This document shows positions 10,692-21,647 of a DNA stretch of 64,000 nt, piece by piece. Position numbers and translations under genes: made by a program. Under the pieces are notes generated by a model. That model saw only the letters and a list, made by a program, of their open reading frames with translations, was not told where the DNA came from and did not search any database. Location of the stretch: contig JBIPSI010000030.1 in assembly GCA_044070495.1 (NCBI GenBank), forward strand, positions 1-64,000, given 5' to 3'. Origin of the DNA: Spirulina sp. Lineage in GTDB: Bacteria; Cyanobacteriota; Cyanobacteriia; Phormidesmidales; Phormidesmidaceae. Position 1 is the first letter of the stretch. Each line of letters opens with the position of its first letter.

Positions 10692-12986
10692 ATGGCTGTA
10701 ACCGTTGATCCTGGGCAAATTGATCGTATCGTCTGGAACCAGCACCACGACCCCTTTGAGGTGTTAGGCCCCCACATGGTGCAGCAGGACGGTCAAACCG
10801 TCTGGGCTGTCCGCGCCTATCTGCCCCAGGCTGACCAAGCTTGGGTGGTGCTGCCGGAGGAGCACAGGGAAGTGCCCATGGAGAGCTACCACAATCCCCA
10901 CTTCTTTGAGTGCATTCTGGAAGTGAAGGATTTGGCCAACTACCAGATCAAGTACGTCAGCGGTGGCCATGTCCACGTCACCTACGACCCCTACGCCTTC
11001 AAAACCCGCGCCATTACCGACTTTGACATTCACCTCTTCGGCGAGGGCAACCACCACCGAATTTACGAAAAACTGGGCGCTCACTACACCGAAGTGGAAG
11101 GCGTTACCGGGGTGTACTTTGCCGTGTGGGCACCCAACGCCCGTAACGTTTCTGTCCTGGGGGATTTCAACTATTGGGATGGCCGCAAGCACCAGATGCG
11201 TCGCCTCTCTAATGGCATTTGGGATCTGTTCATCCCCGAACTGGAGGTGGGCACCCACTATAAGTACGAAATCAAAAACTACGATGGCCACATCTACGAG
11301 AAGTCTGACCCCTACGGCTTCCAGCAGGAAACGCGGCCCAAGACGGCCTCCATCGTCACCGACCTCGACAGCTATGCCTGGAACGATGACGAATGGATGG
11401 AAAAGCGTCGCCAGACGGAACCGCTGACCCAGCCCATTTCGATCTATGAGCTGCATTTAGGTTCTTGGATGCACGAGTCTTCGGCGACTCCGGCCCTGCT
11501 GCCCGATGGCACCCCGGAACCCGTCGTCACCGTGGCGGAACTGAAACCCGGTGCGCGGTTTTTGACCTATCGGGAACTGGCGGCGCGGCTGATTCCCTAC
11601 ATCAAGGAACTGGGCTTCACCCACATCGAACTGCTGCCCGTGGCCGAGCACCCCTTCGATGGCTCCTGGGGCTACCAGGTGACGGGCTACTATGCGGTCA
11701 CCTCCCGCTACGGCACCCCGGAAGACTTCATGTACTTTGTCGATCAGTGCCATGCCAACGACATTGGGGTGATTGTGGACTGGGTTCCCGGCCACTTTCC
11801 CAAGGATGGCCACGGGCTGGCCTTTTTTGACGGCACCCACCTCTATGAGCATGCCGACCCCCGCAAGGGCGAACACAAGGAATGGGGCACCCTGGTATTT
11901 AACTATGGCCGCAACGAGGTGCGTAACTTCCTGGTGGCCAACGCCATCTTTTGGTTCGAGAAGTACCACATCGACGGAATTCGGGTGGATGCGGTGGCCT
12001 CCATGCTCTACCTCAACTACTTCCGTAAGGATGGGGAATGGGTGGCCAACGAGTACGGGGGCTGTGAGCACATCGAAGCGGCAGACTTCCTGCGCCAGGT
12101 GAACCATCTGCTGTTTACCTACTTCCCCGGCGTTCTTTCCATTGCCGAGGAATCCACCGCTTGGCCGATGGTGTCTTGGCCCACCTACGTCGGCGGGTTG
12201 GGCTTTAATCTGAAGTGGAACATGGGCTGGATGCACGACATGTTGGACTACTTCAACATGGATCCCTGGTTCCGGCAGTTCCACCAAAACAACGTCACCT
12301 TCAGCATTTGGTACGCCTTCACCGAAAACTTCATGCTGGCCCTCTCCCACGACGAGGTCGTCCACGGTAAGAGCAACATGCTGGGCAAAATGCCGGGGGA
12401 CGAATGGCAGAAGTTCGCCAACCTGCGCTGCCTCTACACCTACATGTTCACCCATCCCGGCAAAAAGACGCTCTTTATGAGCATGGAATTTGGCCAGTGG
12501 AGCGAGTGGAACGTGTGGGGCGACCTGGAATGGCACCTGCTGCAATACGAACCGCACCAAAGCCTGAAGCAGTTCATGGGTAAGCTCAACGAGTTCTACC
12601 GCAGCGAACCCGCCCTGTTCACCCAAGACTTCGACCAGGCCGGGTTTGAGTGGATCGATTGCAGCGACAACCGCCACAGCGTCGTGTCCTTCCTGCGCCG
12701 CGACAAGGGCACCGGGGATTTTGTGGTGGTGGTGTGTAACTTCACCCCCCAACCCCACAGCCACTACCGTATCGGCGTGCCCGAAAAGGGCTACTACCGG
12801 GAACTGTTTAACAGCGATGCCCGCGACTTTGGCGGCAGCAACATGGGCAATCTGGGCGGCAAATGGTCGGACGACTGGGCCTTCCACAACCGCCCCTTCT
12901 CCCTCGATCTCACCCTGCCACCCCTGGGCGTGATTGTGCTGAAGCTCGACAAAGAAGAAACCCAAAAGGCCCTGGCTGAGGGTTAA
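10692..12986 (+). CDS. glgB: 1,4-alpha-glucan branching enzyme
   Basis: [44 protein letters not shown]. Confidence 0.98.
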   Translation: MAVTVDPGQIDRIVWNQHHDPFEVLGPHMVQQDGQTVWAVRAYLPQADQAWVVLPEEHREVPMESYHNPHFFECILEVKDLANYQIKYVSGGHVHVTYDPYAFKTRAITDFDIHLFGEGNHHRIYEKLGAHYTEVEGVTGVYFAVWAPNARNVSVLGDFNYWDGRKHQMRRLSNGIWDLFIPELEVGTHYKYEIKNYDGHIYEKSDPYGFQQETRPKTASIVTDLDSYAWNDDEWMEKRRQTEPLTQPISIYELHLGSWMHESSATPALLPDGTPEPVVTVAELKPGARFLTYRELAARLIPYIKELGFTHIELLPVAEHPFDGSWGYQVTGYYAVTSRYGTPEDFMYFVDQCHANDIGVIVDWVPGHFPKDGHGLAFFDGTHLYEHADPRKGEHKEWGTLVFNYGRNEVRNFLVANAIFWFEKYHIDGIRVDAVASMLYLNYFRKDGEWVANEYGGCEHIEAADFLRQVNHLLFTYFPGVLSIAEESTAWPMVSWPTYVGGLGFNLKWNMGWMHDMLDYFNMDPWFRQFHQNNVTFSIWYAFTENFMLALSHDEVVHGKSNMLGKMPGDEWQKFANLRCLYTYMFTHPGKKTLFMSMEFGQWSEWNVWGDLEWHLLQYEPHQSLKQFMGKLNEFYRSEPALFTQDFDQAGFEWIDCSDNRHSVVSFLRRDKGTGDFVVVVCNFTPQPHSHYRIGVPEKGYYRELFNSDARDFGGSNMGNLGGKWSDDWAFHNRPFSLDLTLPPLGVIVLKLDKEETQKALAEG

Positions 12987-13009
12987 GGCATCCTGATGGA
13001 TAGCGGATC

Positions 13010-13036
13010 GTAGGGGCGAGGTCACCTCGCCCCTAC
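13010..13036. repeat. GTAG REP palindrome
   Basis: GTAGGGGCGAGGTCACCTCGCCCCTAC. Confidence 0.9.
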
Positions 13037-13086
13037 AGATTGGTGGTTGCTAGGATGGCGATAGATTCGTTGGGGATGCGCCCACT

Positions 13087-13734
13087 ATGTTTGCGTTGAT
13101 TTCGCCCGAAAGCATCCAGTTGCCAGCGGGGGCGGTGGTGCGGTTGCCAGCCACCTGGTCAGAGTATCAGCGCCTAGGTGAACAGAGAGGCGATGGCACC
13201 CTGCCGCGATTAAAATACCGTCCTGGAGAAGTGCTGCTGATCTCTCCCTTGCCTGTGCATGGGCGCGATGCCAACCTGATCGCCGACATTGTGAAAGCCC
13301 TGCTCGACCATCGGGAACAAGACTACGATGCCTTCACCCCAGTCACGATGACGCTACCCGAAATCAGCGGTCTAGAGCCAGACTACTGTTTTTACATTCA
13401 GAATTGGCGGGCCATATCGGGCAAAACCCGGATTGATTGGCAGCAGGATCCACCCCCGGATTTGGTGATTGAAGTGGATGTCACCAGCTTTTCGGATGTT
13501 CAGGATTACGTGCCCTTTCGGGTGCCGGAAATCTGGCTCTACAAGAACCAGCAGCTTTTGATGTATCAGGTTCAGGCGGAGGGCTATGAACTGGTGGGCC
13601 ACAGCCAGTTTTTCCCGGAGTTGGATCTACCTGCGATCCTCACCCGCTGCGTGCAAATCGCCTACGACCGCAACTCCAGTGCCGCCATTCGCGACCTCAA
13701 ACAGCGGCTAGCACGGTTAGGCCCTAGCCGTTAA
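13087..13734 (+). CDS. Uma2 family putative endonuclease
   Basis: SPLPVHG, EPDYCFYIQN, PPDLVIEVDVTS, VPEIW motifs. Confidence 0.92.
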   Translation: MFALISPESIQLPAGAVVRLPATWSEYQRLGEQRGDGTLPRLKYRPGEVLLISPLPVHGRDANLIADIVKALLDHREQDYDAFTPVTMTLPEISGLEPDYCFYIQNWRAISGKTRIDWQQDPPPDLVIEVDVTSFSDVQDYVPFRVPEIWLYKNQQLLMYQVQAEGYELVGHSQFFPELDLPAILTRCVQIAYDRNSSAAIRDLKQRLARLGPSR

Positions 13735-13781
13735 GGTTAGACCAAATCCGAATCAGAAAAGACCGATTGCTAACTCGGAAA

Positions 13782-13808
13782 GTAGGGGCGAGGTGACCTC
13801 GCCCCTAC
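13782..13808. repeat. GTAG REP palindrome
   Basis: GTAGGGGCGAGGTGACCTCGCCCCTAC, 26/27 identical to 13010-13036. Confidence 0.9.
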
Positions 13809-13931
13809 GGGCTGGCGGTTTCCACCATGGACAGAGCCAGCGGGGGTAGGTTATCTTGCGAAAATCCGGCCCTATTGCCCCTTGCGGTCGGATAAATCAT
13901 CCCATAGCCCCCAGCGGCCCTAGGAGGATCG

Positions 13932-14963
13932 ATGCCCCGACGCTCCCTAGTCTCCCGACCGAACGGCTTTCTAATTTTGGCTTGTCTAAGTTTCATGCTG
14001 GCTTGGGGGATATTCCCCCATAGCGGAGGGTGGGCGGATCAGAGCAGGAAGACTCTGTCCCTCCGGGCAACCGATGGACAAACCGGGCTGGTACAGGCTG
14101 AAGATTTCGAGATATCTCGTATCGGCGGGCGAGGAGACCTCTCCCCTACGGATTGTCGGGCTGGGAATTGGGGTTTACCGATTTGGATAGGCTGCCAGGA
14201 TCAACCGATCCGATCTGTTCCCGATTTGGCCCAGGCTCCTGCTACCCCAGACACCGAGCCTGAGTTTGGAGATCCTGAGTTCGGAGAGTCAATACCCTTG
14301 GGTGATCCGAGGGGGTGGTTGACCATCCTGGTATTCTTGCTCGGCCTTGTGCTGCCGATCATCCTCTTTTTTCTGCCGATTATTATCCTTGTGCTCGTGG
14401 TGGCACTTAGTGCCTGGTTGTTCAATCTTTGGAACAAAAAACATCGTCCGAAGTGTGATATCTGCGGCGTGCCTGCCACGATCTACAACGCCAAAAAGGC
14501 GAAGCCCTATCTCAATCGAGCGCAGCAGCTAGAGGTCGATTTGGACTCGGTCTTTTACAGCGTGGCCGTTTGCCCTCAATGCACAAGGCGCAAGGTGTTT
14601 CGCTTTGCGGCTCCCAATCGGTTGGTCGCCCAATGCCCCCGTTGCTACTACAAAACGATGGAGATCACCCAACAAACCACCACCCTTAAACCCACGGCTA
14701 CACGACCGGGAGAGGCTATCATCCATCGCACCTGTCGCAACTGTGGCTATACGGCCACGCGCACAGAAGTTCTCTCCCCCAACGATGGCAGAAAAAGTAG
14801 CGGCGTCGATGCGTTTGTGGAGGATGATTGGGGGCTAAACCGTTTGCGGGATGGCTATCGGGATCCCCGTGACGTGGAACCCAGCCCGCCTGACTCCTGC
14901 GATAGTGGGGACGATCACTCCTTCGATGGAGATACGTCCTGCGATTCTGGCGACGAGGACTAG
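13932..14963 (+). CDS. Membrane protein with C-terminal Zn-ribbon (four CxxC) region
   Basis: Hydrophobic segment followed by CDIC, CPQC, CPRC and CRNC, then an acidic tail; contains an in-frame REP remnant at 14127-14149. Confidence 0.65.
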   Translation: MPRRSLVSRPNGFLILACLSFMLAWGIFPHSGGWADQSRKTLSLRATDGQTGLVQAEDFEISRIGGRGDLSPTDCRAGNWGLPIWIGCQDQPIRSVPDLAQAPATPDTEPEFGDPEFGESIPLGDPRGWLTILVFLLGLVLPIILFFLPIIILVLVVALSAWLFNLWNKKHRPKCDICGVPATIYNAKKAKPYLNRAQQLEVDLDSVFYSVAVCPQCTRRKVFRFAAPNRLVAQCPRCYYKTMEITQQTTTLKPTATRPGEAIIHRTCRNCGYTATRTEVLSPNDGRKSSGVDAFVEDDWGLNRLRDGYRDPRDVEPSPPDSCDSGDDHSFDGDTSCDSGDED

Positions 14964-15014
14964 AAATTCTTTACCCTGGGCATACTAGAAGTAACGATAG
15001 CGAGGCCCAGATCG

Positions 15015-15578
15015 GTGAACGGAAAAGCATTGGGTGCGGCAATCCTGACGGTGGTGGCGCTGGTGGGCGGGGGCTATCGGGCCGGAAATCGGGCGCTAGA
15101 TTTCCAGAGCATCAAACCCGGAGAAACCCTCCCCGGCACCCCCTTTCGCTACACCTTCCAACTGAAAGAGGTGATGCACTCCGATGGCACCCTCGAAAAA
15201 AGTTCGTCGGTTTTTCTCACCGATGACCAAGGGCGGGCCTACCAACTCCCTGGCAACTTTGTCATTCGGGAAAGTCCCGGTGAGTTTATCTGTGATCAAT
15301 GCGTGGCCATTCTTCAGGAGGGTGAGGCCATCTATGTGGTGACGCGCTCCCCAGCGGCGAACACCCCCGGCACCTACGAACATCGGGTGGTCAACCTCAG
15401 TGAACCCATCCGTGAACCCAGCCCCGCCGCCAAGGCCGTCTACCCCAGTTGTGGCCAGGTGTATCGCCAGGAAACCGACCTCGTTTTTCCGAACCATCCC
15501 GCCCCTTGCCCTGGGCTGTGGCCCGTGGGTCAGCCTCGGCAATGGGAGTATAGCTACGTTCCGTTCCCCCAACCCTAG
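15015..15578 (+). CDS. Hypothetical protein with N-terminal signal/anchor
   Basis: 187-aa ORF with hydrophobic N-terminus, co-oriented with neighbours. Confidence 0.6.
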   Translation: MNGKALGAAILTVVALVGGGYRAGNRALDFQSIKPGETLPGTPFRYTFQLKEVMHSDGTLEKSSSVFLTDDQGRAYQLPGNFVIRESPGEFICDQCVAILQEGEAIYVVTRSPAANTPGTYEHRVVNLSEPIREPSPAAKAVYPSCGQVYRQETDLVFPNHPAPCPGLWPVGQPRQWEYSYVPFPQP

Positions 15579-15746
15579 GCGCTGGCCCAGGGGTGAAAGC
15601 CAGGGGGCGAAAACCATTACAATTCATGGGGGGACGGCGACGCACCCTAGGAAGAACACCCGCTGGATGCCACACTAGGAGTAGCCCTAGGGGCAGCCCT
15701 TCGGCGGGCGCATACACGGAACACGGAACTGCCCTCACCATTGCCT

Positions 15747-17252
15747 ATGACCAGCGCCACGCTACCTTCAACGCCCATCCCGCAACTCCAGGATGGACTG
15801 CCCATCCTCTCCGGCTGGGATGCCGACCTTGACGCCGCCTTGGCCTCGGATGCGCCCGTTTTTCTACCCCGCACCAATCTTTCGCTGGATCAGGTGTCTG
15901 CGGGGTTTGCCATTGCCCTGCACATGCACCAGCCCACCATTCCCGCCGGGGCCAAGGGGGAGCTGATCAACCACCTGCAATACATGTTTGAGCACCCCTA
16001 CGAGGGCGACAACCACAACGCTGGCCCCTTTGCCTACTGCTATGCCCGCCTGGGGGACTTTATCCCTGAGTTGGTGAACCAGGGCTGCAACCCCAGGGTG
16101 ATGCTGGACTATTCCGGCACACTGCTGTGGGGCTTTCAGCACATGGGACGGCAGGATATTTTAGACAAACTGCGCCGTCTGGCCTGCGATGCGGCCTATC
16201 AACCCTACGTGGAGTGGCTGGGTACCTGCTGGGGCCATGGGGTGGTACCCTCCACGCCGATTCCCGACCTGAAGCTGCACATTCGGGCGTGGCAACACCA
16301 TTTTGCGTCGATTTTTGGCCTAGAAGCCCTCAGCCGAGTGCGGGGCTTTTCGCCGCCGGAAATGCACCTGCCCAACCATCCCGATGTGCTCTATGCCTTT
16401 GTCAAAACCCTGAAGGATTGCGGCTATCGCTGGCTGTTGGTGCAGGAACATACCATCGAAACCCCGGAAGGCCACGGCATTGCCCAGCCCCATTTGCCCC
16501 ATCGTCTGGTGGCCCGCAATGCTCAGGGCGAGGTAGAAGAAATCACGGTTCTGATCAAAACCCAAGGATCCGACACCAAGCTCGTGGCCCAAATGCAGCC
16601 CTACTGGGAAGCCAAAACCCTACAGCCCCAGCCCCTCGGTGCCGCCACCGTGCCCCCCTTGGTAACCCAAATCAGCGACGGCGAAAACGGCGGCGTGATG
16701 ATGAACGAATTCCCCAGCGCCTTCATGCGTTCCTGGCACGAAATGCGCGACCAGGGCGGCGGACAACGGGGCGTGGTGGCCTTCAACGGCACGGAATATC
16801 TGGAACTGCTGGCGGCATCGGGAGTGGATTCAGACCAATTCCCCCCCTGTCAGGCGGTGGGGCAGCATCGCCTCTGGCAAAAAATGGGTGATCAGGTTGG
16901 CCCTGAGGCCATGGCGACGGCGATTCAGGCCCTCCACGCCGAAGATGGCCAGTTTTCCATGGAGGGCGGATCCTGGACGAACGACCGCAGTTGGGTACGC
17001 GGCTACGAAAACATCATGGGGCCAATGGAACGCCTCAGTGCCCAATTCCACCGCACCATGGCCCGCCAAACCTCTGTACCAAACGGTCACGAACCCCTAG
17101 AACGTCAGTATCGCTATCGCAACGCCCTACTGCACCATCTGCTGTTGCAAACAAGCTGCTTTCGCTATTGGGGCCAAGGGGCCTGGACAGAATACGCCGA
17201 GGAGATCTATCGTCGGGGGCAGGCCATCCTCGCCCACGACTTTGCTTCCTAG
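15747..17252 (+). CDS. Glycoside hydrolase family 57-like protein
   Basis: ALHMHQP, GFSPPEM, ISDGENGG, TSCFRYWG motifs. Confidence 0.85.
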   Translation: MTSATLPSTPIPQLQDGLPILSGWDADLDAALASDAPVFLPRTNLSLDQVSAGFAIALHMHQPTIPAGAKGELINHLQYMFEHPYEGDNHNAGPFAYCYARLGDFIPELVNQGCNPRVMLDYSGTLLWGFQHMGRQDILDKLRRLACDAAYQPYVEWLGTCWGHGVVPSTPIPDLKLHIRAWQHHFASIFGLEALSRVRGFSPPEMHLPNHPDVLYAFVKTLKDCGYRWLLVQEHTIETPEGHGIAQPHLPHRLVARNAQGEVEEITVLIKTQGSDTKLVAQMQPYWEAKTLQPQPLGAATVPPLVTQISDGENGGVMMNEFPSAFMRSWHEMRDQGGGQRGVVAFNGTEYLELLAASGVDSDQFPPCQAVGQHRLWQKMGDQVGPEAMATAIQALHAEDGQFSMEGGSWTNDRSWVRGYENIMGPMERLSAQFHRTMARQTSVPNGHEPLERQYRYRNALLHHLLLQTSCFRYWGQGAWTEYAEEIYRRGQAILAHDFAS

Positions 17253-17648
17253 GAATTTCTAATCATGATTCCTACTGATCAAAAGTATAGGAATTTCGTA
17301 GGATAGGTACCACTCTTCGCCGCTTCAGTCTTCCGTAAAACCACGGTGTAGACGCTCAGTATCGCAAAGGGATGGTTTACAATACATTTACCTAAGGTTT
17401 TTGCCTAGCGCTTGCCTGTGACCATGGTTATCTCCACCCTCCCCTAAGGACTTGCCTGGGGTTATACCCATGAGAGCGAGTTTTCCTGGGATGTTGGGTT
17501 TAGGGGGTGGCCCTGCGACGGTAACGGGAGCCAATGCTAGGCGGTAGCTGGTGGTCACGGTTCCCTGGATGGCCCATTGAATGGTTCATGCCGGGGCCGA
17601 TGATGTCCTCTGACCGATGTCCACGGTTTCCACCTGTACTGTCTACCT

Positions 17649-18368
17649 ATGCTGCTATCCACCAATACCGACAACGCTCGCCCCTTTCTAACCTGGCAGC
17701 GCATTACCGATTGGGCACAGGATCACTATCGTTCCCGCACCTTTAGCAAGGACGAGCGCATACCCGCCCGCTCAGGGTTGCTCTACCTGGTGGAGCGAGG
17801 GGCCGTGCGTTTGGTAGGTACCAGCCAACTTCAGAGCGACACCGACCTAGACACCGATGGCGACGAGGACGGAGCAGGATCCCTAGCCCTAGCTGGCAAC
17901 GAAGAAGCCTTCCTCGGCTTTGTGGGGGCTGGCCAACCCTTTGAAATTGTGGCCCAGTCGCCCTTTAGCCTGCAAAGCTTTGCCCATGTAGACAACACCA
18001 CCGTCATCTGGCTCTACTGGAGCGACCTGGACAATTGGCCCCACTTCCGCCGCGAAGTCCTCGATGCCTTTCGCTACCAGCACCAGCGCAAACTGCTGTG
18101 GCTCAGCACCCTAGGTCAGCGGCGCACCATTGATCGGCTGCTGGGCTTCATCACCCTGCTGATCGAAGAATTTGGCGAACCCTGCGAATCGGGCTACTAT
18201 CTGCCCTGGGCGCTCACCCATGCCCAAATTGGCAGCGCCATCGGCTCCACCCGTGTCACCGTCACCCGGCTGATGGGCAAACTGCGCCAGCGCAAACTCA
18301 TCCATATCTATAAAGACGGTTTGATCGCCATCCCAGCCAATCAAATGACCTTCCGCCAAGAAGCCTAG
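17649..18368 (+). CDS. Crp/Fnr family transcriptional regulator
   Basis: C-terminal HTH LTHAQIGSAIGSTRVTVTRLMGKL. Confidence 0.92.
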   Translation: MLLSTNTDNARPFLTWQRITDWAQDHYRSRTFSKDERIPARSGLLYLVERGAVRLVGTSQLQSDTDLDTDGDEDGAGSLALAGNEEAFLGFVGAGQPFEIVAQSPFSLQSFAHVDNTTVIWLYWSDLDNWPHFRREVLDAFRYQHQRKLLWLSTLGQRRTIDRLLGFITLLIEEFGEPCESGYYLPWALTHAQIGSAIGSTRVTVTRLMGKLRQRKLIHIYKDGLIAIPANQMTFRQEA

Positions 18369-18448
18369 GCTATAGAACAAGGCTGAACAAGACTCGTCCA
18401 GGGATTCGGTTACCCTAAGGGGGACGCCCCAAACCGAGGAGAGATGCG

Positions 18449-19204
18449 GTGGTTCCCCTAAAAGACTACAACCCCGGCCAACGAACGCCCTACATCACCT
18501 ACGGGCTGATCGTGCTGAACATGTCGATTTTTCTGTACGAAATCAGCCTCTCCCCCGACGACCTCAACGCCTTTTTCCAAACCTGGGCCGTCATTCCGAG
18601 CGCCTTCTCCACCAGCCTGACCACAGGGATTTCCATCGCCAATGCCACGGAATGGATGACGCTGATCACCAGCCAGTTTCTCCATGGGGGGCTGCTGCAC
18701 CTACTGGGCAACATGCTCTACCTGTGGATTTTTGGCAACAACGTGGAAGACCAAATGGGATCCTTCCGGTTTCTGCTGTTCTACCTCACCTGCGGCGTGA
18801 TCGCTAACCTGGTGCAGTGGGGCTTTGGCCTAGAATCCACCATTCCCTCCCTGGGGGCCAGTGGGGCTATTGCCGGGGTAATGGGGGCCTACATTTTTCG
18901 GTTTCCAGAGGTACGCATTCTCACCCTGGTTCCCTTTGGGCCATTGCCCCTGCCGCTGAAAATTCCCGCCATCTTCTACCTAGGTATCTGGTTTCTGCAA
19001 CAGGCAGCCTACGGGTTAGTTAGCCTAGAAACCCCCACCATGATCGGCATGGAAGGGGGCGGCATTGCCTACTGGGCCCACGCCGGGGGCTTTGCCATCG
19101 GTGCCGGACTAGGGCCATTGTTTGGGCTGTTCAGCCAACCTGGTCAACCCTCTAACTTGCCACCTAGCCAAGACGTATCCACCCAAGGCGATGCGCCCAA
19201 CTAA
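18449..19204 (+). CDS. Rhomboid family intramembrane serine protease
   Basis: FLHGGLLHLLGNM, GASGAIAG, AHAGG. Confidence 0.95.
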   Translation: MVPLKDYNPGQRTPYITYGLIVLNMSIFLYEISLSPDDLNAFFQTWAVIPSAFSTSLTTGISIANATEWMTLITSQFLHGGLLHLLGNMLYLWIFGNNVEDQMGSFRFLLFYLTCGVIANLVQWGFGLESTIPSLGASGAIAGVMGAYIFRFPEVRILTLVPFGPLPLPLKIPAIFYLGIWFLQQAAYGLVSLETPTMIGMEGGGIAYWAHAGGFAIGAGLGPLFGLFSQPGQPSNLPPSQDVSTQGDAPN

Positions 19205-19241
19205 CGGAGCCCTAACCCTAATGGCCTGATCCATTTCCAAA

Positions 19242-19326
19242 GTAGGTTGGGTGCAGCGAAGCGGAACCCAACACTCGCCGCGAATGGTGGGCTTGTTGGG
19301 TTCTGCTATCGCGCCACCCGACCTAC
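19242..19326. repeat. REP doublet between convergent genes
   Basis: GTAGGTTGGGTG...AACCCAAC...GTTGGGTT...CACCCGACCTAC. Confidence 0.8.
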
Positions 19327-19342
19327 GAAAATTACGGGGACG

Positions 19343-21409
19343 TTATTGGGGAGGGCTAGACCTAGCCGACTCGCCCGTAATCATTTGGTAAAACCCAAAT
19401 TTTTGACCGAAGGCAGCCGCTCCTTCACGGCTTAAATGTCGTCGATCTCGATAGAGCGGAATATTACCTAGGTGCGCCTTACATTCCGTTTGATCACACA
19501 TCAGTTGATCAAGCCAAATCACCCGATAGTCATCGACAAAATGACTTAAAAATGAATAGGCACTCGTTCTTTCCTCAATTACCTCCTCTAGGGGCAAATT
19601 ACAGCGTTCAAAATCAATACCCAACCATTGAGCACGGCTTAAACACTGTCCCATATCCCACTCGGCGGCGGGGGGTGGCGAAAAAATCACCGGAGTAATG
19701 CCCAAGGATTTCAGCTCCGCCAGGGTATTCTCAAACTCCTGAATCCCTCGATCCACGCTGGCATAATGATGTTCTCCATTGCGCAACAGCAGCTTGGTGT
19801 CATCCATAAAATATTGACTAAAGGGTGAGGCCAGCACCGCATACCGAATCGTTTTATTCTGCCGTAGCCATTCCCGCAGTTGTTCCGTAAAGGCCAAACA
19901 TTGCCGCGACCACGCCACAGGATAATCGGGTTCCACAATGGGGGCAACATCAAAAAAAGGCCCACAGGCACTCTTCGTCATTTGAATCAGTCGCGCATCG
20001 GGTTGAGAGGCTAAAATTCCTGGAACAAGCTGCATCGCAAAGGAATCGCCCCAAACTAAGATCTCTGGGGTATCGCTGGTGCGGCAATCGGGCGACAGGG
20101 TAAACGACGTATCGCAAGCCACATTGAGGCCGTAGTTATCCTGCCCATGGTGAGGTTCTGCCGTAGTGGGTGGTGCGTTGAGCTGCGCTTTTTCCAGCAT
20201 CGTTTTAGCCGGAACCTTGCCCATTACCCCTAGGTCTGCCCCCTCGGCCATTTGCATTAACGCGATGGGTTGCCTAAAACGATAGGCAAAGCCATCAGTC
20301 GCATATCCAGCAATACCGAACTGACAAAAAAATACCACGATAGCTAAACCCAGCAGCCAGAACCTTCGCCCAAAAAAGGCACGGTTTCTAAAGGGTTTTT
20401 CCACAAAACGACAGCTTAGATACGCTAACGGAAAGGACACCAAAACCAGGGCTGTGCGTAGCCCTAGGCTCGGTTCCATCAGACTGGCATGACGCGCCAA
20501 GGATAGAAGTGGATGGTGCCAGAGATAAGCGCTATAGCTAATCACCCCAATCCCCACGAACCAAGGTCTGCTTAGCCAATAGCCAACCAGATTATGAGGG
20601 CCAGAAAAAAGGATTAAGAGTGCCGTTCCCAACACTGGAAATAACGCTAGGCTACCGGGAAAGGGAAGCGTTTCTTTAAATGAGAAGATTGAAAAAAGAA
20701 TGAGTACCATGCCAAGCATGGCTAAGCCGTCACCCATCAACCGTTGCCAGGTTTTAGTCGGCACTAGCGGCTTGGAGTGAAGTAAAAAATAGCCGACTCC
20801 GGCCCCAATCAACAATTCCCAAAGACGGGTTGGTAATAAAAAGAAAGCCGCCGAGGGAAAATGATGGGTGGCCCAAAAGGAGACTCCAAAACTAACGACT
20901 CCAAGACTCAGCAACATCGCCGGTATCCAGCGACGTCCAAATCGAAGGATGACTAACAGCAACAATGGAAACAGAAGATAAAACTGTGCCTCAATCGCCA
21001 ATGTCCAGGTGTGTAGGAGCGGTTTTAACGCATTTTCTGTGCTCCAATACCCGGACTCTAGCCAAAAGGAAAAATTAGAAACAAATAACAAACTGGTGAT
21101 CACACTTCTAGAAAAGTCAACCATGCTCGATGGAGGCAGCCATATCCAAGCCCCAAAGAGCGTAGCCCCCATAACCAGAAACAGGGCAGGCACAATGCGC
21201 CGAACGCGCCGTGCATAGAAACGAGTAAGGGAAAAGGTACCTGCTTCAAGATCCGCCAGAAGAATGACCGTGATTAAGTAGCCGCTAATCACAAAAAAGA
21301 TGTCTACCCCAATAAATCCCCCTTGAAAGGGCTTGAAGCCCGCGTGGAAAAGAACCACCGGGATGAGCGCCAGGGCTCGTAGCCCGTCAATTTCAGGACG
21401 ATATTTCAT
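19343..21409 (-). CDS. OafA/YrhL-type acyltransferase-3 with C-terminal SGNH domain
   Basis: YRPEIDGLRA, GVDIFFVISGYLI, LHTWTLAIEAQFY; SGNH motifs WGDSFA and DRRHL. Confidence 0.92.
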   Translation of the reverse strand: MKYRPEIDGLRALALIPVVLFHAGFKPFQGGFIGVDIFFVISGYLITVILLADLEAGTFSLTRFYARRVRRIVPALFLVMGATLFGAWIWLPPSSMVDFSRSVITSLLFVSNFSFWLESGYWSTENALKPLLHTWTLAIEAQFYLLFPLLLLVILRFGRRWIPAMLLSLGVVSFGVSFWATHHFPSAAFFLLPTRLWELLIGAGVGYFLLHSKPLVPTKTWQRLMGDGLAMLGMVLILFSIFSFKETLPFPGSLALFPVLGTALLILFSGPHNLVGYWLSRPWFVGIGVISYSAYLWHHPLLSLARHASLMEPSLGLRTALVLVSFPLAYLSCRFVEKPFRNRAFFGRRFWLLGLAIVVFFCQFGIAGYATDGFAYRFRQPIALMQMAEGADLGVMGKVPAKTMLEKAQLNAPPTTAEPHHGQDNYGLNVACDTSFTLSPDCRTSDTPEILVWGDSFAMQLVPGILASQPDARLIQMTKSACGPFFDVAPIVEPDYPVAWSRQCLAFTEQLREWLRQNKTIRYAVLASPFSQYFMDDTKLLLRNGEHHYASVDRGIQEFENTLAELKSLGITPVIFSPPPAAEWDMGQCLSRAQWLGIDFERCNLPLEEVIEERTSAYSFLSHFVDDYRVIWLDQLMCDQTECKAHLGNIPLYRDRRHLSREGAAAFGQKFGFYQMITGESARSSPPQ

Positions 21410-21647
21410 AGCAAGGCGAAATGGATCGACGGCATGATTCCCATAGTTTTAACCCGGCATCACGTTCAAAATCGTTTGAAACGCCCGATGATGGCTCACC
21501 GATAGGTTTGAAAAGTCTGACAATGAGCAAAGCACAATCAAACATTCAGGCCAATGGCACGGCCCCCAATGCCAGCCCCGGCCCCTCCGCCCCGGCACCC
21601 AAGGTTACCCCAGCGCCGCTGCGGAGGCATCGTTTCCCGAAAAGGTT

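Noticed and set aside
11457..13025. 522-aa antisense ORF (likewise 34726-36135, 3318-4232, 31702-32475 and many shorter ones)
   Set aside because: Shadow frames of strongly GC3-biased genes (glgB, phoX, psaA, pdhC) with no recognisable motifs.
17298..17310. NtcA site upstream of the Crp-family gene
   Set aside because: GTA-N7-TAC; wrong spacing.
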